Positions 1 to 7,759 of a stretch of 17,810 nt of DNA are shown piece after piece; within the stretch, counting starts at the first letter, position 1, and the number at the start of each line of letters is the position of its first letter. The position numbers were made by a program, and so were the translations under genes. Source of the DNA: a virus. Lineage: Duplodnaviria; Heunggongvirae; Uroviricota; Caudoviricetes. The stretch lies in IMG/VR virus record IMGVR_UViG_2541047874_000006; one strand, given 5' to 3'. The notes beneath the pieces were generated by a model. That model was not told the origin of the DNA, made no database searches, and saw only the letters and a list, made by a program, of their open reading frames with translations.

Positions 1-348
1 TTACGAATTACTACGGCGCTGTTGCTTTTCCGCATGTACGCGTTTCACTATCTTATAAATCCATTGCAGCGTCAGATTATATTTCTTCGCTAATTCGGCG
101 TAGTTGCGACCATCGCACTCGCTATAGATTTGGTAGTCACGCTCCGACGCCCGTCCGGAGATCCCTTTCGGGAAATAAATGCTTTGCCCACCCCAGTTAC
201 GCATCATTCGGTCGGCAATGGCAAAGCCCACATTTTCCGCCGATGAGCTGTCGAGATTGATGCTCTCAATCAGAACTTGCGATGCATGAAACGCCAGGTC
301 GTTAATGATCTCCGGTGTCCGGGCCATCTCTTTTGATTTTCGTATCAT
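1..348 (-). CDS. Mor/C-family transcriptional activator (phage middle/late gene activator-like)
   Basis: 115-aa ORF; motif block WGGQSIYFPKG...RD..IY...DGRNYAELAKKY..T...IYKIVKR aligns by eye with the conserved core of phage Mu Mor (GGQ.YIP.G...RD..I...F.GRN..EL...Y......YK..RR), recalled from memory. GGAG lies 7 nt upstream of the ATG at 346-348 (minus strand). Confidence 0.75.
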   Translation of the reverse strand: MIRKSKEMARTPEIINDLAFHASQVLIESINLDSSSAENVGFAIADRMMRNWGGQSIYFPKGISGRASERDYQIYSECDGRNYAELAKKYNLTLQWIYKIVKRVHAEKQQRRSNS

Positions 349-560
349 TTTTCATCTCCATATATCTTGCATCCTGTATAAGACCCGATGCGTGTAAAAC
401 CACGGATATACGCTAAGCAGTTGTCATTACTGCTACTCAATACATTCAACAAACAAATAAACAATCACCAAAAATATAAATTTTTAATATTAATGAACGT
501 CATAAATTCACAAAATAAATATATTGTTTGCGTTATGTTTCTTGTCAACTGGAGTATCAT

Positions 561-588
561 TTTACACGATACTGTATGTGCATACAGT
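561..588 (+). promoter_or_regulatory. Possible sigma70 promoter overlapping the LexA box (-35 TTTACA 561-566, -10 TACAGT 583-588, 16-bp spacer)
   Basis: Hexamer matches by eye; the LexA box overlaps the spacer and -10. An alternative leftward promoter (TGTAAAAT on the minus strand at 559-566) is equally plausible, so direction is uncertain. Confidence 0.25.
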
Positions 589-589
589 A
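570..589. promoter_or_regulatory. Candidate LexA (SOS) box TACTGTATGTGCATACAGTA
   Basis: CTGT-N8-ACAG with perfect 8-9 bp palindromic arms (ATACTGTAT / ATACAGTAT); only the central bases differ from the E. coli consensus TACTGTATATATATACAGTA. Sits in the AT-rich divergent intergenic region between the Mor-like gene and the lysis genes. Confidence 0.55.
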
Positions 590-885
590 TTATTTTTACC
601 TGTAGTGTAAAAAGATCGTTTCCCTCACAGTCGCTGACTTTCTTAAACAAACTTTAAAAATCAAATGACTATGGACTATTCCTACGATTCACCGTCCTCT
701 TTTCCCTGCATAATGACGCGCTTATTCTCCAGGACACCTTTTGCTCTTTTATTAATGGGTGGATTTATTAGCAAGCATGTTCATTTATAGAGGATCTATT
801 TTTTAAAGTTATTTATTAAAGCTTTTTTCATTCTTCACTGGAGGGATCTGGCGACACTAAACGCTCACTTATCAGGAGATATCGT

Positions 886-1173
886 ATGAAAAAAGTCACT
901 TTTCCCCGTCTTTCCGGCTGGCTGGTCGCTTCCGTCGCGCTGTTTGTCGCGATCGGCTGGACATCTTCCGCACAGATCCCGGTTGTCATTTATAAACTAA
1001 GTCTGGTTTCGCTCGCCGCTGTGCTGGGATACTGGCTCGATCGCAGTCTGTTTCCCTGGGCGCGGCCTGACTCATTTTGCCCCTGGGAAGAGGCGCGATG
1101 CTGCGCGGCGGCAATGATTCGTCGGGCTATCATCGTTGCAGCCGTCTGCCTTTCCGTCGCGTTAGGACTTTAG
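886..1173 (+). CDS. Small membrane protein with three predicted transmembrane segments, putative holin/pinholin
   Basis: 95 aa with three hydrophobic stretches (GWLVASVALFVAIGW, VVIYKLSLVSLAAVLGYWL, AIIVAAVCLSVALGL); AGGAG 6 nt upstream of the ATG; sits immediately before the endolysin gene. Function inferred from position and topology only. Confidence 0.4.
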   Translation: MKKVTFPRLSGWLVASVALFVAIGWTSSAQIPVVIYKLSLVSLAAVLGYWLDRSLFPWARPDSFCPWEEARCCAAAMIRRAIIVAAVCLSVALGL

Positions 1174-1175
1174 TG

Positions 1176-1781
1176 ATGCAGGTAAAATTTCTCGCGCTAA
1201 TTACTCTGTTCGCGTTCTTCCCGCTTAACGCATCTGAACCGCCGCGAGCATCTCTGGCATGGCGAAACGAACTGATTCGAACTGCACGGGAAGTCTGGGG
1301 ACTGAACGCCCCGGTGGCAGACTTCGCCGGGCAGTTGCACCAGGAATCAGCCTGGCAGCCAATGGCGCGTTCCCCCGTCGGCGCACAGGGTATGGCGCAA
1401 TTTATGCCTGCCACAGCGACATGGATAAGCCAGTTGTATCCACAGCTACGTGAAAACAAGCCCTATAACCCAACCTGGGCGATTCGCGCATTGGTGCAAT
1501 ATGACCAGCATTTGTGGAAAAACATCTCGGCGAAAAATGGCTGCCAGCGTATGGCGTTTACCCTAAGCGCCTATAACGGTGGTCAGGGATGGGTTAATCG
1601 GGATAAAAAACTGGCCGCATCCAAAGGGTTAGATGCCACCATCTGGTTTGGTCATGTTGAGCACGTCAACGCCGGGCGTAGTGCCGCAAACTGGCGAGAA
1701 AATCGTCACTATCCGAAGATGATCCTCTATCAACATGCCGCCCGCTACTTACTCTGGGGGCAGGCAAGCTGTCTTCACTAA
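1176..1781 (+). CDS. Endolysin, lytic transglycosylase (SLT domain) with N-terminal signal or signal-anchor sequence
   Basis: SLT family motifs QESAW (catalytic Glu context), GAQGMAQFMP and AYNGG; hydrophobic N-terminus MQVKFLALITLFAFFPLNA. Start placed at ATG 1176, 2 nt after the upstream gene stop; the longer ORF-track start at 1077 overlaps the previous gene. Confidence 0.8.
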   Translation: MQVKFLALITLFAFFPLNASEPPRASLAWRNELIRTAREVWGLNAPVADFAGQLHQESAWQPMARSPVGAQGMAQFMPATATWISQLYPQLRENKPYNPTWAIRALVQYDQHLWKNISAKNGCQRMAFTLSAYNGGQGWVNRDKKLAASKGLDATIWFGHVEHVNAGRSAANWRENRHYPKMILYQHAARYLLWGQASCLH

Positions 1782-1792
1782 TCAGAGGGCCG

Positions 1793-2107
1793 ATGAAACT
1801 TAGTATCGATTTTTGGGAAGTGATCTCCCTTATGCTTTCCTTCGTTGGATTAATGTTTGCTGCCGGAAAATTGCTGTTAGCGCAAATTGAAAAAAGACTT
1901 AATGAGCGTTTTGAATCTCTGGAAAACGCGCGCCGGGAATCAGAAACAAGCTGGTCGAAACTGGAAAGAGAATTTCTCGAATTTCGTGCCGAGCTTCCGC
2001 TGCATTATGTCCGCAGAGAAGATTATCTTCGTGGCCAGGCAGTATTAGAAGCAAAGCTGGATGCCTTATATAGCAAAATAGAGCTATTACAACGTGGCAG
2101 CTATTAA
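1793..2107 (+). CDS. Membrane-anchored coiled-coil protein, putative i-spanin (Rz-like)
   Basis: 104 aa, N-terminal TM segment (VISLMLSFVGLMFAAGKLLL) followed by a charged heptad-like region; located directly after the endolysin. No embedded o-spanin lipoprotein ORF was found on inspection. Confidence 0.4.
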   Translation: MKLSIDFWEVISLMLSFVGLMFAAGKLLLAQIEKRLNERFESLENARRESETSWSKLEREFLEFRAELPLHYVRREDYLRGQAVLEAKLDALYSKIELLQRGSY

Positions 2108-2111
2108 ATAC

Positions 2112-2145
2112 ATCCCCACCTTTACATAAGTGTGGGGATTTTTTA
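2112..2145 (+). terminator. Intrinsic terminator after the lysis cassette
   Basis: Stem ATCCCCAC (2112-2119) pairs with GTGGGGAT (2132-2139), followed by TTTTTT (2139-2144), immediately after the stop codon at 2105-2107. Confidence 0.6.
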
Positions 2146-2253
2146 TAGCCATTCAATTTTTTCTCTAAATCACATTAAAAGATTCTTCACCTTCACTGCT
2201 TCAGAATACATTTCAACGATAACGAAGTGAGCAGTAATTAAGGAATACCCTAT

Positions 2254-2709
2254 ATGGAAATTTTATCTGTAATTAATTCTGTTGTGACCAGATTACGTGA
2301 ACAGAATCCCGAAATGGACGTATTTATTTCATCGGTTGATGCCAATAAATATATTCCGCAGACGCAGCAAGTTACAGTGATTATTAATTATAGCGGTTCT
2401 CTATTTGCCATGCCTGAAAGCAGTGATGCCCTCGTGCAACAGCAAACGCTCCGTTTAACTGCCACCGTTATTGTTGGCAAAAATTGTGACGCGTTAAACG
2501 CACTGGATCGCATACGCAGCGCATTGGGGGGGATCCAGCTTCCTGATTGCGAGCGTCTTCTTTGGCTTGAAACAGAAATCAATGCAGGCGAGAGCGGTGG
2601 TTTCTGCCGCTACATCCTGGAAATGGCGACCAGCTCGCTGTTTATCGCGAAACGGGAAAGCACGGACCTTACCCTGCTTACTGAAGTTAATTACGAGGAA
2701 ACTGAATGA
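2254..2709 (+). CDS. Phage tail-associated protein (tail completion/terminator-like, Mu gp37 position)
   Basis: 151-aa ORF that opens the tail operon, with AAGGA upstream; stop overlaps the next start (ATGA). Assignment by position relative to the sheath gene. Confidence 0.45.
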   Translation: MEILSVINSVVTRLREQNPEMDVFISSVDANKYIPQTQQVTVIINYSGSLFAMPESSDALVQQQTLRLTATVIVGKNCDALNALDRIRSALGGIQLPDCERLLWLETEINAGESGGFCRYILEMATSSLFIAKRESTDLTLLTEVNYEETE

Positions 2710-2903
2710 AATACATCTACAACGGCCCGGCAAGCGGCGTCACCCTTGCCGACGGACAAGAAATCTTATTGTGGCCGAACAGTGAAATTGATCTGCCAGA
2801 AGAAAACGAGTGGGTTATGACCATGATTGCCCGCAATCACCTGACTCCTGTCATCACTCAGGAAGAACAAAATAACGGAGAGGAAATTGTACATGGCAGC
2901 TAA
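2706..2903 (+). CDS. Small phage protein upstream of the sheath gene (Mu gp38 position)
   Basis: 65-aa ORF translationally coupled to both neighbours; acidic C-terminus. Function not recognisable from sequence alone. Confidence 0.4.
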   Translation: MKYIYNGPASGVTLADGQEILLWPNSEIDLPEENEWVMTMIARNHLTPVITQEEQNNGEEIVHGS

Positions 2904-4317
2904 TTACCTGCACGGTGTAGAAACCATTGAAATTGAAACCGGTCCGCGCCCGGTTAAAGCGGTAAAATCCGCTGTAATCGCTTTAATCGGTAGTGCACCA
3001 TGCGGTCCGGTAAACAAACCAACATTGTGCCTTTCTGAAAGCGATGCCGCGCAGTTTGGCTCGACTCAGGCTAACTTTACTATCCCGCAGGCGCTGAAGG
3101 CGATTTATGACCACGGCGCCGGTACGGTGGTGGTGATTAACGTACTGGATCCGGCAAAACATGGCTCCAGCATCAGCAATGAGAGTATCACTTTTGATTC
3201 CAACAACCAGGCAAAACTGGCTCATCGTGCGGTGCGCAATGTCGTCCTGAAACCCTCTTCAACATCAGCCACTACGTATAGCAGCGCAGCGTTTCATGTT
3301 GATGAACAAACAGGAATAATCACTCGTGCAGAAACTGAGATCCCTGCCGGAGCGAAAGTTTGCGCCTATTACTCATGGGCCGATCCAACAAAAGTTACCG
3401 CAGCCGATATTATTGGCGCCGTTAATACCGCAGGCGATCGCACGGGGATGAAACTGCTACAGGATACCTATAACCTGTATGGTTTCTACGCCAAAATCCT
3501 GCTTGCTCCCGTTTTCTGTACGCAAAAATCGGTCACCACCGAACTGATTGCTCAGGCGGAAAAACTCGGTGCTATCGCCTACATTGACGCCCCAATCGGT
3601 ACTACATTCCAGCAGGTACTGGCTGGTCGCGGCTCGAAAGGCGCAATCAACTTCAACACCAGTTCTGACCGTGCGCGTTTGTGCTATCCGCACGTCAAAG
3701 TTTATGACGGCTCAACCAACCAGGAAGTTCTCGAACCGCTATCTTCACGCGCTGCCGGACTGCGTGCCAAAGTAGACCTGGAGAAAGGTTTCTGGTGGAG
3801 CAACTCAAACCAGGAAATTCAGGGCATTATCGGTATCGAACGTTCACTTTCCGCAATGGTTGATGACCCGCAAAGTGAAGTGAATCAGCTCAACGAAAAC
3901 GGCATTACCACTGTTTTCAATAGTTACGGCTCTGGTCTGCGTTTATGGGGCAACCGCACTGCGGCATGGCCAACCGTGACCCATATGCGTAACTTTGAAA
4001 ACGTTCGCCGCACGGGTGATGTGATTAACGAGTCGATCCGTTATTTCAGCCAGCAGTATATCGATATGCCGATTAATCAGGCACTAATTGATGCCCTGAC
4101 CGAGTCGGTAAATACCTGGGGCCGTAAGCTGATTGCCGACGGCGCACTGCTTGGCTTTGAGTGCTGGTACGATCCGGCGCGAAATTCACCGACCGAACTC
4201 AGTGCCGGGCATTTATTGCTGAGCTATAAATTCACCCCGCCACCGCCGCTGGAACGTCTGACGTTTGAAACTGAAATTACCTCTGAATATTTAGTCTCTC
4301 TGGAGAGCAATAGCTAA
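2893..4317 (+). CDS. Contractile tail sheath protein
   Basis: About 474 aa with the conserved sheath N-terminus (ANYLHGVETIEIETGPRPV...SAVIALIGSAP) and a C-terminal LRLWGNRT-type segment; start taken as ATG 2893 after GGAGAGGA, not the TTG at 2887 used in the ORF track. Confidence 0.9.
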   Translation: MAANYLHGVETIEIETGPRPVKAVKSAVIALIGSAPCGPVNKPTLCLSESDAAQFGSTQANFTIPQALKAIYDHGAGTVVVINVLDPAKHGSSISNESITFDSNNQAKLAHRAVRNVVLKPSSTSATTYSSAAFHVDEQTGIITRAETEIPAGAKVCAYYSWADPTKVTAADIIGAVNTAGDRTGMKLLQDTYNLYGFYAKILLAPVFCTQKSVTTELIAQAEKLGAIAYIDAPIGTTFQQVLAGRGSKGAINFNTSSDRARLCYPHVKVYDGSTNQEVLEPLSSRAAGLRAKVDLEKGFWWSNSNQEIQGIIGIERSLSAMVDDPQSEVNQLNENGITTVFNSYGSGLRLWGNRTAAWPTVTHMRNFENVRRTGDVINESIRYFSQQYIDMPINQALIDALTESVNTWGRKLIADGALLGFECWYDPARNSPTELSAGHLLLSYKFTPPPPLERLTFETEITSEYLVSLESNS

Positions 4318-4841
4318 TGGCTGGAAAAATTCAAATTAACCGTATTACCAATGCCAATATTTATCTCGATGGTAATAACCTTTTAGGTCGTGCAACCGAA
4401 ATTAAATTACCGGATGTCAGTTTAATTATGCAGGAGCATAAAGCACTGGGCATGGTCGGCAAAATCGAACTCCCGGCAGGTTTCGATAAACTGGAAGGGG
4501 AAATTAAATGGAACTCCTTTTATCAAGACGTCATGCGTAAAACGGCAAACCCGTGGCAGGCGGTAGCATTACAGTGCCGCTCCAGTATTGATTGCTATAA
4601 CTCCCAGGGGAAAGCGAATCAATTAGCGTTAGTCACTCATTTGACTGTCATGTTTAAAAAGAATCCATTGGGAACATTTAAACAGAATGAAAACCCGGAA
4701 TTCAGCAGCGCCTTTGGTTGTACCTATATTAAACAGGTGGTCGATGGTGAAACGCTGCTGGAACTGGATTACCTGGCGAATATTTTCCGCGTTAACGGCG
4801 TGGATCAATTAAGTACCTATCGCAATAACATCGGTGGCTAA
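4317..4841 (+). CDS. Tail tube protein
   Basis: 174 aa immediately after the sheath gene with TAATG stop/start overlap; size and position typical of the tube protein of Mu/P2-type contractile tails. Confidence 0.8.
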   Translation: MAGKIQINRITNANIYLDGNNLLGRATEIKLPDVSLIMQEHKALGMVGKIELPAGFDKLEGEIKWNSFYQDVMRKTANPWQAVALQCRSSIDCYNSQGKANQLALVTHLTVMFKKNPLGTFKQNENPEFSSAFGCTYIKQVVDGETLLELDYLANIFRVNGVDQLSTYRNNIGG

Positions 4842-4891
4842 GTTATTCGGGGCTACGGCCCCGATTTCCGCATGACCAATAAGGATACAAA

Positions 4892-5209
4892 ATGAAAGAA
4901 CATTATACCTTACAGTTCCCGTTTACTTCAGCGGCGGGAGACGTAATTAACACTCTGCAATTACGTCGCCTGAAAGTAAAAGATATGCGCAACGCGCGCC
5001 GGATCAGCGAAAAACCAGAAGAATGGGATGAACCGCTAATGGCTGCAATGACCGGACTGGTGCCAGAAGATTTAGCTGAAATGGATTTGCTGGATTACCA
5101 GGCATTGCAGAAACGATTTCAATCCATGCTTAGCGTGGCTACAGAATCCGCCACTGTTATGGCAAGCGATGGCGTTACTGGCGAGATGGTTTCGCTTTCC
5201 GCCCAGTGA
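4892..5209 (+). CDS. Tail assembly chaperone (P2 gpE / Mu gp41 position)
   Basis: 105-aa acidic protein between tube and tape measure; AAGGA 6 nt upstream; an overlapping alternate frame is open to 5297 (see findings). Confidence 0.65.
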   Translation: MKEHYTLQFPFTSAAGDVINTLQLRRLKVKDMRNARRISEKPEEWDEPLMAAMTGLVPEDLAEMDLLDYQALQKRFQSMLSVATESATVMASDGVTGEMVSLSAQ

Positions 5210-5284
5210 GATAGACGCCCTTACCGTCGATGACTTTAGCAACTGGCTGGATGAAGCCAACGCCCAAATAAAAATCGAATATGA

Positions 5285-5307
5285 CTCGCAGACCTGATGT
5301 CTGCGAG
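5285..5307 (+). other. Stable RNA hairpin (perfect 9-bp stem CTCGCAGAC/GTCTGCGAG, 5-nt loop)
   Basis: Perfect inverted repeat read directly from the sequence; overlaps the stop of the alternate-frame extension and is followed by TTT and, further on, a T8 run at 5344-5351. Confidence 0.5.
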
Positions 5308-5398
5308 TTTCCCAAGCCCGTCAGGTTTATTTCTTCCCTGCCCTTTTTTTTAGAAAAATAACCAGCGGGCCATTATCAATATTTAAAGAGAAACAATT

Positions 5399-7759
5399 TT
5401 GGCCAACGATATTATTACCCAGCTTCAGGCGCGTAATGAGACGTTGACGCAGGCAATAGCCCGTTACGGCTCACTCAACGCCAGAACATTGTTAACTCTC
5501 TCTACTCAGCAAGCGACAGTTATCAAACTAACGCAGCGACTTGCCGATTCCGCTCTCCGCCTGGAGGAAAATAGCCGCAGCCGCGCTAATCTGATGGAGA
5601 AAACCCAAACATTTGCCGGGCAATTTAGCAAAGTATTCAATGTTGAAGCCCCCGACTGGAAGTTGCCGTATGAGTTTCAGGACAATATGGTCAATATGGC
5701 GACCAAAGGTGGGATGAGTGATGCCACTCGCGAGACGCTCAGCCTTAATCTGCGCGACTGGAGTATGGATTTTAACCAGCAGCAGACCACGTTACAGTCC
5801 GCCGCTCTGACCTTAGTTGAAGGCAACATATCGTCTTTGCAGGATCTCAACCGCTATATGCCCGAGATCGCCAAAGCCGCCACCGCCACGCGCGACAGCG
5901 CCGAAACATGGGCGAAAGCCGCGCTCGCGACTCATGATCGACTGAATATTGCCCCGGAAAATTTCCACGCTGCGCAAAACATGATGTACAGCGTTACCAA
6001 AAGCGGTGGGCCTGCCATTGCCGAACAAACGCAGTGGATAGAGAAATTTGCAGGTAAAACCGGCGCTCAGGGTCTGGAAGGTATGGCTGAACTGACCGCC
6101 ACCATGCAGATCGCCATGAAAAACGGTGCCAGCGCCAGTGCAGCGGCGGAGAATTTCGACCATTTTCTACAAACCACATTTTCGAAAAAAACCGATAACT
6201 GGTTCGCCAGCCAGGGCGTCGATCTGCAAGGTTCTCTGCTGGAGCATCAGCAAAACGGTATGGGTGTTAGCGAAGCTATGACTCATATCGTGCAAATGCA
6301 GCTTGAGAAGATGAATCCGGCGATCCTCGATACCTTCAAACGCACCATGCAGATTGAAGATTTATCTGCCCGCAGCAATGCGCTGCAATCGATGGTGACG
6401 CAGTTTAATCTGGGCGAAATGTTCGGCGATGCGCAAACGGTGGAATTCCTGGCCCCTATGCTGGCGAACATGGAAGAGTATCGCCAGCTAAAAGCCTCTG
6501 CCATGCAAGCCACCAGCAAGAATCTGATTGATGCCGACTTTTCTGCGCAAATGGCTTCGCCCATTGAACAGACTAAAGCGTTACAACTGGCGTTAAATGA
6601 TTTATGGCTCAGCATTGGCTTGCAGCTTATGCCGGCGATTGGCGAGCTGGCGCAAAGCCTTGCGCCGGTTATTCGCCAGTTCAGCGCCTGGCTACGCGAA
6701 CACCCGGCACTAGTGCAAAACATTGCGAAAATCGTCGGGGCGATTTGGCTGTTTAACGGTGCGCTGAATGTTTTAAAGCTGGGCGCGAACTTCATCGCCT
6801 CGCCGTTTATTCGTCTGGTCGATATCTTCCTGAAAGTCAGGGCAAGTCTGGCGCTCGGAGGCGCAGCGAGTAAGGTGCTATCGGCGGTTAAGTCATTGGG
6901 TGGCGGCGCAAAATGGCTAACGCAACTGCTTGGTCGTGGCCTGAGCGGAGCATTGAAACTGGTTGGTCGGACCGTTCTCTCACTAGGCCGGGTGCTACTG
7001 ATGAATCCCATTGGTCTGGTCATCACTGCGATTGCGGGCGCGGCTTATCTGATTTATCGCAACTGGGAACCTATCACCAGGTTCTTTTCCGCCATCTGGA
7101 AACGTATTACCACGGCCTTTGACGGTGGCATTGCAGGTATTAGCCGGTTGATTCTCGACTGGTCGCCACTGGGGCTGTTCTACAGCGCCTTTTCCGGTGT
7201 GATGAATTGGTTTGGTGTTGAGATGCCTGCGAGTTTTAGCGAGTTCGGCAGCAATATACTGGGTAGCCTGGCCGACGGCATAATGAATGCTTTCCCCGCT
7301 CTGAAAGGCATTATTGATCAGGTCAAAAACGCCATGCCAGACTGGCTAAAAGCCACAATGGGGATCGGCACAGAAGCATCGGCTGCGACTGTTACAGGCA
7401 CGACTAATACCGCATCAGTCTCCCCCGCGACCGTTGTTCCAGGCGTTGCCGGTGCGCTTTTAACGCCGCCTGTGGGCAAACAACTCGCGCCATCCAGCAA
7501 AACGACAACGCCGTCATCGGCGCCAGTGGCAAAACCCGCGTCGGCCTCTTTACCAGGTAAATCCGTAACCAAACCGGCGACGCTACCCCCCCGTTCCCCA
7601 GGAAAAGTCCAGGTGAATTTTTCGCCACAAATTACCGTGCAGGGTAACGGACAAAACACCACTAAAGACATTCAGAACGTGTTGACGATGAGTAAACGCG
7701 AACTGGAAAGAATGATTAACGACGTAATGGCGCAGCAACAGCGCCGGGGGTATGCCTGA
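5399..7759 (+). CDS. Tail tape measure protein
   Basis: 786 aa, coiled-coil N-terminus, hydrophobic central segments, Pro/Ser/Thr-rich C-terminal region; apparent TTG start at 5399 with AAAGAG upstream; located between chaperone and baseplate genes. Confidence 0.85.
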   Translation: MANDIITQLQARNETLTQAIARYGSLNARTLLTLSTQQATVIKLTQRLADSALRLEENSRSRANLMEKTQTFAGQFSKVFNVEAPDWKLPYEFQDNMVNMATKGGMSDATRETLSLNLRDWSMDFNQQQTTLQSAALTLVEGNISSLQDLNRYMPEIAKAATATRDSAETWAKAALATHDRLNIAPENFHAAQNMMYSVTKSGGPAIAEQTQWIEKFAGKTGAQGLEGMAELTATMQIAMKNGASASAAAENFDHFLQTTFSKKTDNWFASQGVDLQGSLLEHQQNGMGVSEAMTHIVQMQLEKMNPAILDTFKRTMQIEDLSARSNALQSMVTQFNLGEMFGDAQTVEFLAPMLANMEEYRQLKASAMQATSKNLIDADFSAQMASPIEQTKALQLALNDLWLSIGLQLMPAIGELAQSLAPVIRQFSAWLREHPALVQNIAKIVGAIWLFNGALNVLKLGANFIASPFIRLVDIFLKVRASLALGGAASKVLSAVKSLGGGAKWLTQLLGRGLSGALKLVGRTVLSLGRVLLMNPIGLVITAIAGAAYLIYRNWEPITRFFSAIWKRITTAFDGGIAGISRLILDWSPLGLFYSAFSGVMNWFGVEMPASFSEFGSNILGSLADGIMNAFPALKGIIDQVKNAMPDWLKATMGIGTEASAATVTGTTNTASVSPATVVPGVAGALLTPPVGKQLAPSSKTTTPSSAPVAKPASASLPGKSVTKPATLPPRSPGKVQVNFSPQITVQGNGQNTTKDIQNVLTMSKRELERMINDVMAQQQRRGYA

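Noticed and set aside
388-657. 89-aa plus-strand ORF and overlapping 61-aa minus-strand ORF (465..650) in the AT-rich control region
   Set aside because: They lie in the AT-rich divergent intergenic region spanning the LexA box and candidate promoters, have low-complexity Asn/Ile/Lys-rich translations and no convincing RBS; treated as non-coding regulatory DNA.
1077-1175. N-terminal extension of the endolysin ORF as drawn in the ORF track
   Set aside because: The extension overlaps the upstream membrane-protein gene and is Arg/Gly-rich. The ATG at 1176 sits 2 nt after the upstream stop and starts a typical hydrophobic signal sequence, so the shorter start is preferred.
2887-2892. TTG start for the sheath gene used by the ORF track
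   Set aside because: An ATG at 2893 has a strong GGAGAGGA Shine-Dalgarno at optimal spacing; the TTG at 2887 is too close to it.
5210-5214. Canonical -1 frameshift at the end of the chaperone gene
   Set aside because: The -1 frame hits TAG at 5212-5214 immediately, so a P2/lambda-style -1 extension is impossible here; only the +1 (equivalent to -2) frame is open.
6283-7026. 247-aa minus-strand ORF inside the tape measure gene
   Set aside because: Fully nested antisense to a long, well-supported structural gene; Cys/Ser/Arg-rich composition typical of a spurious frame.
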